A stretch of DNA of 22,155 nt from Pseudobdellovibrionaceae bacterium (GCA_044359815.1 JBIKLL010000042.1:1-22155); one strand, 5' to 3'; numbered from the stretch's first letter, positions 8,003-17,392 are shown. The notes: a model not told the origin generated them from the sequence alone. A program made the numbers and translations.

Positions 8003-8836
8003 CTAACCTAACAATTTTAGCGCCAGTTGCTGATAGCTGTTGGCTTGACCCAACACTGATACCGCTGCCTGTTGCAAAATATTGAATCGGGTCATTTCAC
8101 TGGTTTCAGCTGCCACGTCAGTGTCACGAATCCTTGAATTTGCTGCCGAGAAGTTTTCATCAGCTACCTTCAAATTCTGAGAAGTCGACACCAGCCTGTT
8201 TTGCAAGGCTCCGAAATTGGCTCTGATCGCATTCACCGAGGTCAATGCATTGTCCACAGTGGTTAATGACATCTGAGCAGCTTCCTTGGTCGCCACATTT
8301 TCAGCTATCATACCCAATGCCGACAAAGTCGAATTCGCAGCAGCCGCATTGAACGATACCCTGTCTTTAAAAGGATCGTTGTGCACGCCCACCTGAATAT
8401 CAATGACACCACCAGTACCATTTAACAGATCATATCCGTTAAAGTTTGTACTTTCAGTGATTCGCTCGATTTCGGATTTTAGCTGTTGGTATTCAACATC
8501 CAAAAATCTTCGCTCGGTATCACCGATGGTATCAGAGGCTCCCTGGATCGCCAGTTCGCGCAGCCTGATTAGTGTCGAAGACACTTCGTTTAAACTGCCC
8601 TCAGCAATCTGCACCAATGAAATACCATCATTGGCATTTCTGTCTGCTTGGCGCAAACCCCTGATGATGGCTCTCAAGTTTTCACTGATTGCCAATCCAG
8701 CAGCGTCGTCTGATGCTCTGTTAATGCGAAAGCCAGAGCTTAATCTTTCCATGGTTTTATTCAAACCAAGGCTATTCATGCCCAAATTTTTATGAGCATT
8801 TATCGCAGCCACGTTTGTGGCTATACGCAGTCCCAT
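8003..8836 (-). CDS. fliC: Flagellin (277 aa)
   Basis: MGLRIATN...ERLSSGFRINRASDDAAGLAISE; C-terminal RANFGALQNRL...ANSRIRDTDVAAE. Confidence 0.97.
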   Translation of the reverse strand: MGLRIATNVAAINAHKNLGMNSLGLNKTMERLSSGFRINRASDDAAGLAISENLRAIIRGLRQADRNANDGISLVQIAEGSLNEVSSTLIRLRELAIQGASDTIGDTERRFLDVEYQQLKSEIERITESTNFNGYDLLNGTGGVIDIQVGVHNDPFKDRVSFNAAAANSTLSALGMIAENVATKEAAQMSLTTVDNALTSVNAIRANFGALQNRLVSTSQNLKVADENFSAANSRIRDTDVAAETSEMTRFNILQQAAVSVLGQANSYQQLALKLLG

Positions 8837-8974
8837 TTCTATCCTCCTTGCATACCAAAATCCTCCTTGATTATGCGCCTTCCATTATCCTTTGTTGGCG
8901 TCTACGCCACATTCTGTGACGGTTAATTGTTTACACTTCCGTAGGTTAATTCGGAACAATAAATTTATTTTTTA
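8837..8974 (-). promoter_or_regulatory. Sigma28 (FliA) promoter and GGA-rich leader (putative CsrA sites)
   Basis: On -: TAAA(8974-71)-N15-TCCGAATT(8955-48); CAAGGAGGAT twice (8860-69 and 8841-50), plus ACGGA, AAGGA, ATGGA. Confidence 0.65.
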
Positions 8975-9841
8975 AGTCCAGATTTTATTTTTGATTTTTT
9001 GATATTTGAATTTCAACATGCGCACTACTGCTTCCGAAAACAGATTTCGAAAACCCACCGACACCTCTGATTACTCAGATTGTCTGAATGCTTTTTTTTA
9101 AAACCAAATCGTCGACTGATCCTTGCCAGAATCATCGCGATCGCCGAAACACAATCAAGATTCCAATCAAGCTTTCTTTAATCAGAAAAATCTTAATCAA
9201 AAACTTTTTTGCAGAGTCTGTATGAAGCTTTCAATTAACTGCCCCTTCTTGGACTGGTTAAAAAAGTTCAAACTGGCTTCTCACTTTCGTTGCAGAAATT
9301 TTTAATTGGTAATCTGTTTTTAGCAGAGTTTATTCTTTGTTAGGTTTCAAGCTCGTTGTGCTTGATCCCGTTCAAAGTTTTTGTCTCTGCTTGGTACCGA
9401 GATATCAAACCTCGATTCACAACTAAGTTTTTTCAACTCAGCTATCAGAAACTCCTACCTTTTTAAAACCTTCCACTTTCCTTTTCTGGGTTCACACCTA
9501 AATTTCTTAGGCTTCGCCCACTATCAGGTTCAAACCTGTTTTACCAGTTTCACCCTTATTCAAAAACACTCGTTCAGGCATACAGGCCATTTAAATCAGA
9601 CTGCTTTAGCAATCTTGGTTTTCTGCCCCCTCTGATTTCACTCAGAGATCGAGAGCGGCGGTAAAGCCGCCCTCATTGCAGGAAACAGATCAATAATTCA
9701 GCAATCATAAGCCGAACTTTGCTTTGCCAAAAATTTCTTGGCAAAACACAACCGCCACATATTTAGAACTGCTTTCGCAATTCACGTGACAGCTTGGGAG
9801 GTGTTAAAGACCTGACCCAAGGACATCGGATGGAAAATTAC

Positions 9842-10690
9842 TTAACCACCAAATGTCTTGTTCAAAAGTCCAAGTGCAACGTTTGCTGTCTGATTCGCTT
9901 GCGCTAGAACCGACGTACCGGCCTGGAGCAAGATATTATTTCTGGTCATTTCAGAAGTCTCTTCTGCCACATCAACATCTCGGATTCGAGAGTTTGCTGC
10001 AGACATGTTTTCAACGCTATTCTGAATGTTGGACACAGTTGTGGCCAAACGATTCTGAAGGGCACCGAAGTCAGCTCTCATCGCGCTTATGGACATAATC
10101 GCGGTATCGATTGCTGACAGAGCATTCTGGGCACTGGCTTTATCAGCCACAGACGATAGGTTCACACCTAAGGCAGCTGAGTTTGCATCCGCCTTTGATG
10201 AATCAAAGCTAATCCTGTCTATTTCAGGATTATTTCTGATACCAACCTGGAAATCCATAATGGATCCCACGCCTGACAAAAGCTGTGTGCCGTTAAATTC
10301 AGTAGCATCGGCGATACGATCAATCTCTGACACTAACTGATCATATTCCACATTCAGGAACTGACGTTCCACGGGACCGATCGTGTCTGAGGCTGATTGC
10401 ACTGCCAGTTCACGCAGACGAATTAGAATTGATGACAATTCGTTCATCGCGCCCTCTGCCACTTGCACTAATGATATACCGTCGTTGGCATTTCGAGACG
10501 CCTGTTTCAGACCCCTGACTTGCGCTCGCAAGTTTTCAGAAATCGCTAATCCAGCCGCATCGTCACCAGCACGGTTAATTCTGTACCCTGATGAGAGTCT
10601 TTCAAAACTCTTATCTAAGGCAAGCTTCGTATTCCATAGAACCCTTTGCGAGTTCAACGAAGCCGTGTTCGTGTTAATACGTAACCCCAT
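9842..10690 (-). CDS. fliC: Flagellin (282 aa)
   Basis: MGLRINTN...ERLSSGYRINRAGDDAAGLAISE; RADFGALQNRL...ANSRIRDVDVAEE. Confidence 0.97.
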   Translation of the reverse strand: MGLRINTNTASLNSQRVLWNTKLALDKSFERLSSGYRINRAGDDAAGLAISENLRAQVRGLKQASRNANDGISLVQVAEGAMNELSSILIRLRELAVQSASDTIGPVERQFLNVEYDQLVSEIDRIADATEFNGTQLLSGVGSIMDFQVGIRNNPEIDRISFDSSKADANSAALGVNLSSVADKASAQNALSAIDTAIMSISAMRADFGALQNRLATTVSNIQNSVENMSAANSRIRDVDVAEETSEMTRNNILLQAGTSVLAQANQTANVALGLLNKTFGG

Positions 10691-10804
10691 ATTTTCCTCC
10701 TCCTTGAGATACCTCAGGTCACCATCCGTGATGACTTGGGGGAACTTGTCCGTTCCATGGGTTTCTTCTGTTTGTATTAATCGGAGACTTCAAAAATTCC
10801 TAAA
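10691..10804 (-). promoter_or_regulatory. Sigma28-like promoter and leader with GGA-loop hairpins (putative CsrA sites)
   Basis: On -: TTTA-N15-TCCGATTA (10804-10778; weak -35); GTCATC-ACGGAT-GGTGAC hairpin (10735-10718); CTC-AAGGAG-GAG over the SD; ATGGAACGGA. Confidence 0.6.
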
Positions 10805-11049
10805 GTGAGACATTGTACAAAAATGAAAATCAGGTCCTAGATCCAGTATTTTACAGCCGCGACTGATCTGGGATTTTTTGATTAAATTCTTAACAGCAAT
10901 TTTAAAGATACTGACTAATAACATTTCAGTTTCCAGTTTTGAGTCGTGAACAAAAGTTCTGCAGTTTTGCCCTTGGTTGTTGGCGACCCGTCCTTGGTCT
11001 AGATTGATTGAAAGGAACAAAGTGGCCAAGTACGGCCGAGGAGCTAAAT

Positions 11050-12855
11050 ATGTTCACGTTTGCGAGAATCACCCTAGCTACAATCACGGCACTGTTTATG
11101 ACTGCTTGTCTGGAAAAGCCAGAAGTCTCAACAGAGGAAACAGTCACTGACAGTGGCTCAACCACTGGTCAATCGTCTGGGTCAGAAGATAATGATTCTG
11201 GCGACACAACTGCTGGCACACCAGGCAGTGGCACACCAGGCAATGGTTCAACAACAACCACGCAGCCTGTTACCAGCGTAACTACGACCACTCAACCTGG
11301 TGGTACAGCGGGAACTGGACCTTCACCGATTGAATCGGTTCCTATGCCTCCACCTCCAACACCTATCAGTAACAATCCGGTGCTGCCACCAAACTATAAT
11401 ACGTGCACAGCTGAAACTGGAAACATAGCCGCTGGAACAATTGGAATCAGCGGAAACCCAACAGCAACATCAGCAAGCAATGTGGTTTTAAATTTAAACC
11501 GAGCAGAAGCCTCTTTTATGAAAGTCTCTGCGACACCTGATTGCAAATGCGGAACTTGGGAGCTGTATTCAACAACAAAATCTTGGACTCTTACAAAAAA
11601 CTCGACCAACGCAATTTCAGTACAATTTAAAGATTTAGACGGTGTCTTGTCAGCATGTGCTTCAATGACAATTAAACATGATGATCAAGCGCCAACAGTT
11701 TCTGTTGTTGCTGATCCAAAAAACAACTACACAACTAATGAACCACAATATGTTCACGTAGTCGTTACAGATCCTGGTAGCGGCTTAGCCAGTTCACAAT
11801 GTTTATTAGACAATCAAGCTGTGGCTTGCAACATCACTAATGGTCAACATTCTGTGATCACGCTTCCTGGAATGACAACTGGCGATCACACTTTCACAGT
11901 GATTGCTACAGACAGAACTGGAACTTCAACAACAGCTACACTGCCAATCACTATCCACCCTGCCCTGAGGGAAATGCTGACTCAATACGAAGTTAAGCAA
12001 TCTAACAAAGTCGACATTTTAATAGTCATCGATAACTCTGGATCAATGCAGTACGAACAACAAAGCATGGCTCAACGTGTGGGTTCGATGATGAATCTAG
12101 TTCAAGGACTGGATTACCGAATTGGTATTACTACAACAGACCCCAGTAACAGTACATATGGCGATGGCCGACTGGTTCAGATGAAGGGCATGCCATCAGG
12201 CACATTCGTAATTGATTCGACTGTTTCACTGGCAACAGCACAAACAGTTTTAGGAAACACTTTGCAACGTACAGAAACCGGTAGCGGCAGTGAGCAAGCA
12301 ATTTATGCAACATACAGAGCCGTAGAACGATTTATGAATGTGAATGACAACGGACCTCATAAAAAACTTTTCAGAGCTGACGCTGGTTTTGCCACACTGG
12401 TTATTTCTGACGAAGACGAAACAGGAACAGCCTTTAAAAATAAACCTGAAAATTTATTGAGCTATATCAAAACCACTTGGCCAGGAAAGCCTTTTGCGTT
12501 TCACTCAATTATCACACGCCCTGGTGATACAGTTTGTAAATCAACTCAAGGTGCCGCTTACGGAAATGCTTACAAGAAAATGTCAGAGCTTACTGGTTAC
12601 GGAACGACTGGTGGAGCCCTGATTGGTGACGTGTGTGCTACGGATTACGCAGCCCAATTGGCTGGTATTGGTAATGCGGTCAAAGAAATGACTACAGTTA
12701 TTGAACTGACTTGCGTGCCTGCTGCTGGTTCAACAGTGTTTGTTGATCTGAATGGTGCAGCTTACAATGGATCATACCTTGTAGAAGGCAAAAAACTGGT
12801 TTTCGATGCAGCACTTGAAGTCGGAAAATTCAGTGTCAGATACTGGTGTCAGTAA
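11050..12855 (+). CDS. Lipoprotein with S/T/G/P-rich linker, Ig-like domains and C-terminal vWA domain
   Basis: GAGGAG SD before ATG 11050; lipobox LFMTAC; MIDAS DILIVIDNSGSM; ISDEDE; D.QAPTV/HTFTVIATD Ig-like motifs. Confidence 0.85.
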   Translation: MFTFARITLATITALFMTACLEKPEVSTEETVTDSGSTTGQSSGSEDNDSGDTTAGTPGSGTPGNGSTTTTQPVTSVTTTTQPGGTAGTGPSPIESVPMPPPPTPISNNPVLPPNYNTCTAETGNIAAGTIGISGNPTATSASNVVLNLNRAEASFMKVSATPDCKCGTWELYSTTKSWTLTKNSTNAISVQFKDLDGVLSACASMTIKHDDQAPTVSVVADPKNNYTTNEPQYVHVVVTDPGSGLASSQCLLDNQAVACNITNGQHSVITLPGMTTGDHTFTVIATDRTGTSTTATLPITIHPALREMLTQYEVKQSNKVDILIVIDNSGSMQYEQQSMAQRVGSMMNLVQGLDYRIGITTTDPSNSTYGDGRLVQMKGMPSGTFVIDSTVSLATAQTVLGNTLQRTETGSGSEQAIYATYRAVERFMNVNDNGPHKKLFRADAGFATLVISDEDETGTAFKNKPENLLSYIKTTWPGKPFAFHSIITRPGDTVCKSTQGAAYGNAYKKMSELTGYGTTGGALIGDVCATDYAAQLAGIGNAVKEMTTVIELTCVPAAGSTVFVDLNGAAYNGSYLVEGKKLVFDAALEVGKFSVRYWCQ

Positions 12856-12865
12856 TTTTTAAAAT

Positions 12866-12894
12866 GGCATCAGATTCCTAGAGCATCTGATGCC
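12866..12894 (+). terminator. Hairpin after first vWA gene (no U-tract)
   Basis: GGCATCAGAT-N9-ATCTGATGCC, 10 bp after the stop codon. Confidence 0.5.
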
Positions 12895-12996
12895 CAGTTC
12901 ACACAGCATTGATTCACAACGAGACACTTTTTTAGTTATTAGATATACAACTTTAATTAATGACCAGCCCCAGACAAACCCCATACCCCTTGTTCG

Positions 12997-13032
12997 CACT
13001 CGGGACTTAAAAAATCCCGAGTGTTTGTTTTT
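12997..13032 (+). terminator. Intrinsic terminator
   Basis: CACTCGGGA-N9-TCCCGAGTG followed by TTTGTTTTT. Confidence 0.72.
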
Positions 13033-13149
13033 GCGGGAAAACCATTTAAGTGTTTCACGTTGATACACTTTGCCCCGTCCATCCAATCGACAAAGCCACA
13101 ATATAGACAGCTGAAATGCATTTATTGTCGTCTACAACCGATTAGCAGG

Positions 13150-13165
13150 TGGCAATGGGATTGCA
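13150..13165 (+). promoter_or_regulatory. Sigma54 (-24/-12) promoter of the second vWA gene
   Basis: TGGCAA-TGGGA-TTGCA with GG and GC separated by exactly 10 nt; AGGGGG SD at 13181 and GTG at 13192 follow. Confidence 0.6.
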
Positions 13166-13191
13166 GTGCTAGACTGTATTAGGGGGATCTC

Positions 13192-14511
13192 GTGGGAACA
13201 CAATTTATTAATATGGTGAAGCACTTAAGGGCGAAACTGTCAGATGGAATGACTGGCATCAAGCTCAGAAGACAACTGACCTTGTTAATTCCGATGCTGT
13301 TGTTGCTGACACAGTTTCAAAACTGCTCCAAGGTTGACCCTGGCGTTTTGCAAGATCCAAGTGATTTGATAACATTCTGTGAAAACAATCCTAACGATGC
13401 TCGATGTGCTACAGTGAATCCTCCAGGTGGCGGCGCTGATGGCGGAGCAGATGGTGGTGGAACCACTGGCGGTGCTGATGGTGGTGGAACTGGTGGCGGT
13501 GGTACTGGTGGCGGCGGTACTGGTGGCGGCGACCCTACTCCGACAACTCAGCCTCCGATTGCACGTAAAGTAACTCAAACTTATTCGCTAACTTCTTCAA
13601 ACAAAGTTGACGTGTTGTTCATAGTTGATAATTCAGGTTCAATGGGACCAGAACAAGCCAGTATGGCGAACAAGGTTCAAAATATGCTGAACCTGATTCA
13701 AGGCATGAATTACCATGTTGCAGTTACTAATACTGATCCGAACTCAAACGCGAGCTTAGGTGGCGACGGCAGACTTATGGAATTTGATGGAATTCCAGGT
13801 ACGAAATTTTTGACAAATACAACCTCCATTGGGACAGCAAATACGGCTATAGCAAACACAATTCAAATGGGCGAAAGTGGTAGTGGACAAGAACGAGGTA
13901 TCTTAATCACTCACCGTGTGATTGAAAGAGCCTTGAACAATTCATCAAGTGCTGAAGGACAATTTCTACGCGCTGATGCGGCATTAGCAGTGGTTTTAAT
14001 TTCTGATGAAGACGAATGCTCAGGAACTAATGGCGTTCTGTATGGCGATTGCAAGGCACCAAATAATGCAAAGGACACACCAACAAGTATTATTGAAAAG
14101 GTCACTAGCACTTGGCCAGGAAAGCCTTTTAATTTCCATTCGATTGTCACGGTTGATCAGGCTTGTGTCGAACAGCAAAGAATCGCCGATAATATTTCCG
14201 ATGGGGCCGGTGGACTGAGACAGCGTGCTAATATTGGAACAATATACAAGCAGCTATCGTTAGCCACTGAATCAATAATTGGTAACGTCTGCGCTTCTGA
14301 CTATACTTCGCAATTAAATGGTATTGGAACATCCATCACGCAAACTGGTAAGGTTATTCAGCTTAACTGCGCACCTGCTGAAGGCAAACCGATTATTGTA
14401 ACCAAAGACGGAACGACATACGCTGATATTCCAACAGTTGCAGGAGCTAAGCTAATGTTCAATAACGACTTACAACTGGGCAACTACTCTATCGAATACT
14501 ACTGTTACTAA
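13192..14511 (+). CDS. vWA-domain lipoprotein with Gly/Thr-rich linker, paralog of the upstream gene
   Basis: LLLLTQFQNC lipoprotein-type signal; DVLFIVDNSGSM MIDAS; ISDEDE and TWPGKPF.FHSI shared with the upstream gene; exact start uncertain (13192/13213/13249). Confidence 0.85.
   Translation: MGTQFINMVKHLRAKLSDGMTGIKLRRQLTLLIPMLLLLTQFQNCSKVDPGVLQDPSDLITFCENNPNDARCATVNPPGGGADGGADGGGTTGGADGGGTGGGGTGGGGTGGGDPTPTTQPPIARKVTQTYSLTSSNKVDVLFIVDNSGSMGPEQASMANKVQNMLNLIQGMNYHVAVTNTDPNSNASLGGDGRLMEFDGIPGTKFLTNTTSIGTANTAIANTIQMGESGSGQERGILITHRVIERALNNSSSAEGQFLRADAALAVVLISDEDECSGTNGVLYGDCKAPNNAKDTPTSIIEKVTSTWPGKPFNFHSIVTVDQACVEQQRIADNISDGAGGLRQRANIGTIYKQLSLATESIIGNVCASDYTSQLNGIGTSITQTGKVIQLNCAPAEGKPIIVTKDGTTYADIPTVAGAKLMFNNDLQLGNYSIEYYCY
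13427..13530 (+). repeat. Coding low-complexity repeat (GGAD / GGGGT)n
   Basis: Degenerate 12-15-bp units such as GGTGGCGGTGGTACT encoding GGGADGGADGGGTTGGADGGGTGGGGTGGGGTGGG. Confidence 0.75.
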
Positions 14512-14527
14512 AAATCAAAATTTTCTA

Positions 14528-14562
14528 CGAATGACTAAATCATAAAATGATTTAGTCATTCG
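14528..14562. terminator. Probable bidirectional terminator between convergent genes
   Basis: Perfect 16-bp stem CGAATGACTAAATCAT-AAA-ATGATTTAGTCATTCG. Confidence 0.75.
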
Positions 14563-14584
14563 ATTTAAAATAATCAAAATTTAT

Positions 14585-15697
14585 TTAAAGCTGCTTTTTT
14601 GTAGCGTTGACGATCTGGTTACCCAGATCATTTAATGTTTTTTCAAGCTTTTCTGAATCACCTTTGCTGATGTCACCAACAGTGGCACCGCAATAGCTGG
14701 TTATACCAAAAACTGTTTGGCTGGCGTCGCTTAGATTTTGGTGGAAAATCCGTTTACCAGAATCCCAAGCAGCGTCGCGTGCTCTGCTGATGACAGCTGG
14801 CAATCGGCCCAGGGTCGCACACAGGGCAGACTCGTCTTTCTTTCTTAAAAACCCAATGGCCTTGTCCAACTCTGCTGCTGGGGCTACGGCCTCAGACACC
14901 AGGGCGTTCGCAGCACGGACTTTATCCTCGAACTTGACTTCGGCATTGATGACCTTAATCGAAGGATCTGGAGCATTTGATTTAGTCGTATCCTTCAGCA
15001 ATTCTTTGGTAGATGCTTTAATATTGTCAAACTCGATGGATTCGTCGTCGGTGGTAACTACGGGCTCGACGATCAGGTCCTCGCTGGTTTCTTCAGGGAT
15101 TTCAATGTCTGCCTCAGATTTTCCAGAAGTCTCAGTTTTTCTGGCTTCGATGGATTTGCGAAGTGGCTCAGTTGGTTTTTGAGTGGGCTTTTCTGATAAT
15201 ATTTCTGTGGTTTTTTCAACAAGTTTGCCTGTCAGTTTATCTGCAGTTTTTTCTGACTGCTTTGATGAAGCCACCAATTTTCTGTCGATATCTACACTTT
15301 TGATTTGCTCGGCTGAATCTTTTGATAAAGTTTCACCTATTTTTTGTTCTGCGCCCACAGAGTTAATAGTGTTGTGTTTTTTGGATTCATCAACCGTGGT
15401 TTTAGGTTCAGAATTTTTTCGCTTTGTATTTTCAATATTTTTTTGTTTTGCATTATTCGCTGTTGGCTTAACTGTAAATCTTTGCAGTTTCTGTAGTTCA
15501 GCTTGCTGGATGGGTTTTGCATTGCCGGCATTTTTGGATTGGGCTTTTGGATTTTTATGGCTATCGATAGGTTTCAATAATTCTGCGTTTCTGGCAGACT
15601 CTGTGGCTTTTGCGGTCAGTGAGTCTTTTAACACCAAAGCAGCAACGGAAATTTGAACTCCCACGACGATTGCTAAGATTGTTAATATTGCCTTCAT
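14585..15697 (-). CDS. Hypothetical exported/membrane-anchored protein with K/E/S/T-rich low-complexity centre
   Basis: Hydrophobic N-terminus MKAILTILAIVVGVQISVAALVL; GGAG SD; helical C-terminal region with two Cys. Confidence 0.75.
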   Translation of the reverse strand: MKAILTILAIVVGVQISVAALVLKDSLTAKATESARNAELLKPIDSHKNPKAQSKNAGNAKPIQQAELQKLQRFTVKPTANNAKQKNIENTKRKNSEPKTTVDESKKHNTINSVGAEQKIGETLSKDSAEQIKSVDIDRKLVASSKQSEKTADKLTGKLVEKTTEILSEKPTQKPTEPLRKSIEARKTETSGKSEADIEIPEETSEDLIVEPVVTTDDESIEFDNIKASTKELLKDTTKSNAPDPSIKVINAEVKFEDKVRAANALVSEAVAPAAELDKAIGFLRKKDESALCATLGRLPAVISRARDAAWDSGKRIFHQNLSDASQTVFGITSYCGATVGDISKGDSEKLEKTLNDLGNQIVNATKKQL

Positions 15698-15931
15698 AAA
15701 AGCTCCAGTTTACCAAATAAAAACACATGCTTAAATCGGGCCAAATAATTCAATTGATACCCCTTTATTTTGACTGCCGTCATCTGATTTAAAGGGCATT
15801 TGAGAAATTTGGATACCAAGTGACAATATTGGTCAGCTTTTAGGCCTACAAAGGCACTTAAGGTTTGCGTGGTGGGGGTTCGAGTTTTCCAAGAAACTCA
15901 AGGACAACATTTTTTTAGAATCTTATCGAGT

Positions 15932-17392
15932 TTATTTTTTAAACATCTTCTTTTCAAACTGGGCCCTTAATCCTTGAGCAAAATTGATGTTCAAAGATTC
16001 CGCATAAGTAATGATTCGATTCGTAATAATCGCTCCCCTTGACCATCCGTCAAACCCAGGCGAGCTCAATGCTTTTTGCATCTTTGATAAAATCCCCTGT
16101 TCAAGATTTTTACCATCAATGCCTGCATCACCTTGGGCAAAAGCTGTGAGGGTGATCATTGTTTCCAAAAGCTCGAATTCATCGGTAATCCGCTCAGCAC
16201 CCTTTGATCTTTTATATTTTTCTATAAATACCTTTGCCTGCTTGATTGTTTCATCCTTATCAACCAGGGATCTAAGCTTGAGTTCTAAGTTTAAAATATT
16301 AGCCCTAACCTTAGTCGCTTGATCTAATTTTTTGTCTCCAAAAGCATCTGGTAAATGAGGCATGTAATACATCCACAACACTTCTCCAGCCTCTTTCGGT
16401 CGACCAACTGAAAGATAAAATTCAACCAAGTGATAGCAGTTAACTTCAAACGGTTTGACACTACACAACCTCTTGTAGGTTGTTTCAGCCTTATCTAGCT
16501 GTTTAGTATGAAAATAACTAGCCGCCATTAAATCCAAATTGTGGGCATAGTGCCAATCATCCTCTGGCTTGGCTTTGTTTTCAGCTTGCCATTGCAAATG
16601 CAATTGATCAGCCTTTTGAAATTCACTAATGGCTTCTGCCCATCGCCCTAATAAAGGCAAGACATGGCCGTGCATGTGCTGGGCATGGGCCGAACCCTGT
16701 GCCGTTTTAGCATAACTACCTGCGTATTTCTCTGCAGCCACAGAGTTGCTCCGCCCCTCATTGATGTGGGTCAGATAATGCTCAGCTGAAGAGTATTTTC
16801 CTTTTTGGTAGGTAGCTAAAATAACTTCTTCGTCCCAAAATTTAAACGCGAAATACAACTGAAAATCACTCAAATTATTCATCGCTGCCAATGTTGTTTT
16901 CTGATTGGAAAGTAATTTTTTATCAACCTTGTCATCACCACCAAAATATTTAATAAGCTCAAAAATAATTTTGTGAGCTTGGTAATTGGCATCAGTTTCT
17001 TTTAGATTCTTTGAGATTTCTTTTTTAAGATTTTGAAAGTCATCCATAACACCAAGTTCAAGGTAAGAAAGCGCTAAAGACATTTGCAGTTCAACGTTAG
17101 AATTTGTTAATGAGGCTGTCTTAAACGAGCGAATGGCATCCACATACATAAAATTGTGCAAATGGTTCCAACCCTGACGGTAAAGCTTTAGTTCAATATC
17201 ATTGGCATTTCCCAAAGCGGCCATTGAATTGCCAAGATCAGCCCGTATTGAAATCGGAGAATTTAAAAGTTCCTTTCGAACTCGGACTTCAGTTTCGCTA
17301 TTAGAACAAATTGAAGCAGCAAAGGTAAAAGACGAACCAAAAAATATCCCAATGAAAAACGCACTAAGAGTTGATTTTTTATTTAATTTCAT
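15932..17392 (-). CDS. Secreted TPR-like repeat protein with His-rich motifs
   Basis: Signal peptide (..SSFTFA|AS); DAIRSFKTA, AEHYLTH, HAQHMHGH...GRWAEA, HYAHNLD. Confidence 0.8.
   Translation of the reverse strand: MKLNKKSTLSAFFIGIFFGSSFTFAASICSNSETEVRVRKELLNSPISIRADLGNSMAALGNANDIELKLYRQGWNHLHNFMYVDAIRSFKTASLTNSNVELQMSLALSYLELGVMDDFQNLKKEISKNLKETDANYQAHKIIFELIKYFGGDDKVDKKLLSNQKTTLAAMNNLSDFQLYFAFKFWDEEVILATYQKGKYSSAEHYLTHINEGRSNSVAAEKYAGSYAKTAQGSAHAQHMHGHVLPLLGRWAEAISEFQKADQLHLQWQAENKAKPEDDWHYAHNLDLMAASYFHTKQLDKAETTYKRLCSVKPFEVNCYHLVEFYLSVGRPKEAGEVLWMYYMPHLPDAFGDKKLDQATKVRANILNLELKLRSLVDKDETIKQAKVFIEKYKRSKGAERITDEFELLETMITLTAFAQGDAGIDGKNLEQGILSKMQKALSSPGFDGWSRGAIITNRIITYAESLNINFAQGLRAQFEKKMFKK

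Noticed and set aside
9123..9635. 60-aa and 84-aa ORFs between the flagellins
   Set aside because: TTG starts without SD, F/L/S-rich composition typical of non-coding T-rich DNA.
11008..11049. Upstream TTG start for the first vWA gene
   Set aside because: ATG 11050 has GAGGAG and gives a normal-length lipoprotein signal.
12963..12990. G-quadruplex on the - strand
   Set aside because: Three GGGG tracts plus only GG; the + strand terminator suggests the C-rich strand is the transcribed one.
14790..15656. Antisense ORFs of 130 and 157 aa
   Set aside because: Codon-symmetric shadows of the - strand gene; no SD or recognisable domain.
15733..15759. Sigma28 promoter for the 14585-15697 gene (CCCGATTT on -)
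   Set aside because: No TAAA-like -35 at 15-nt spacing.
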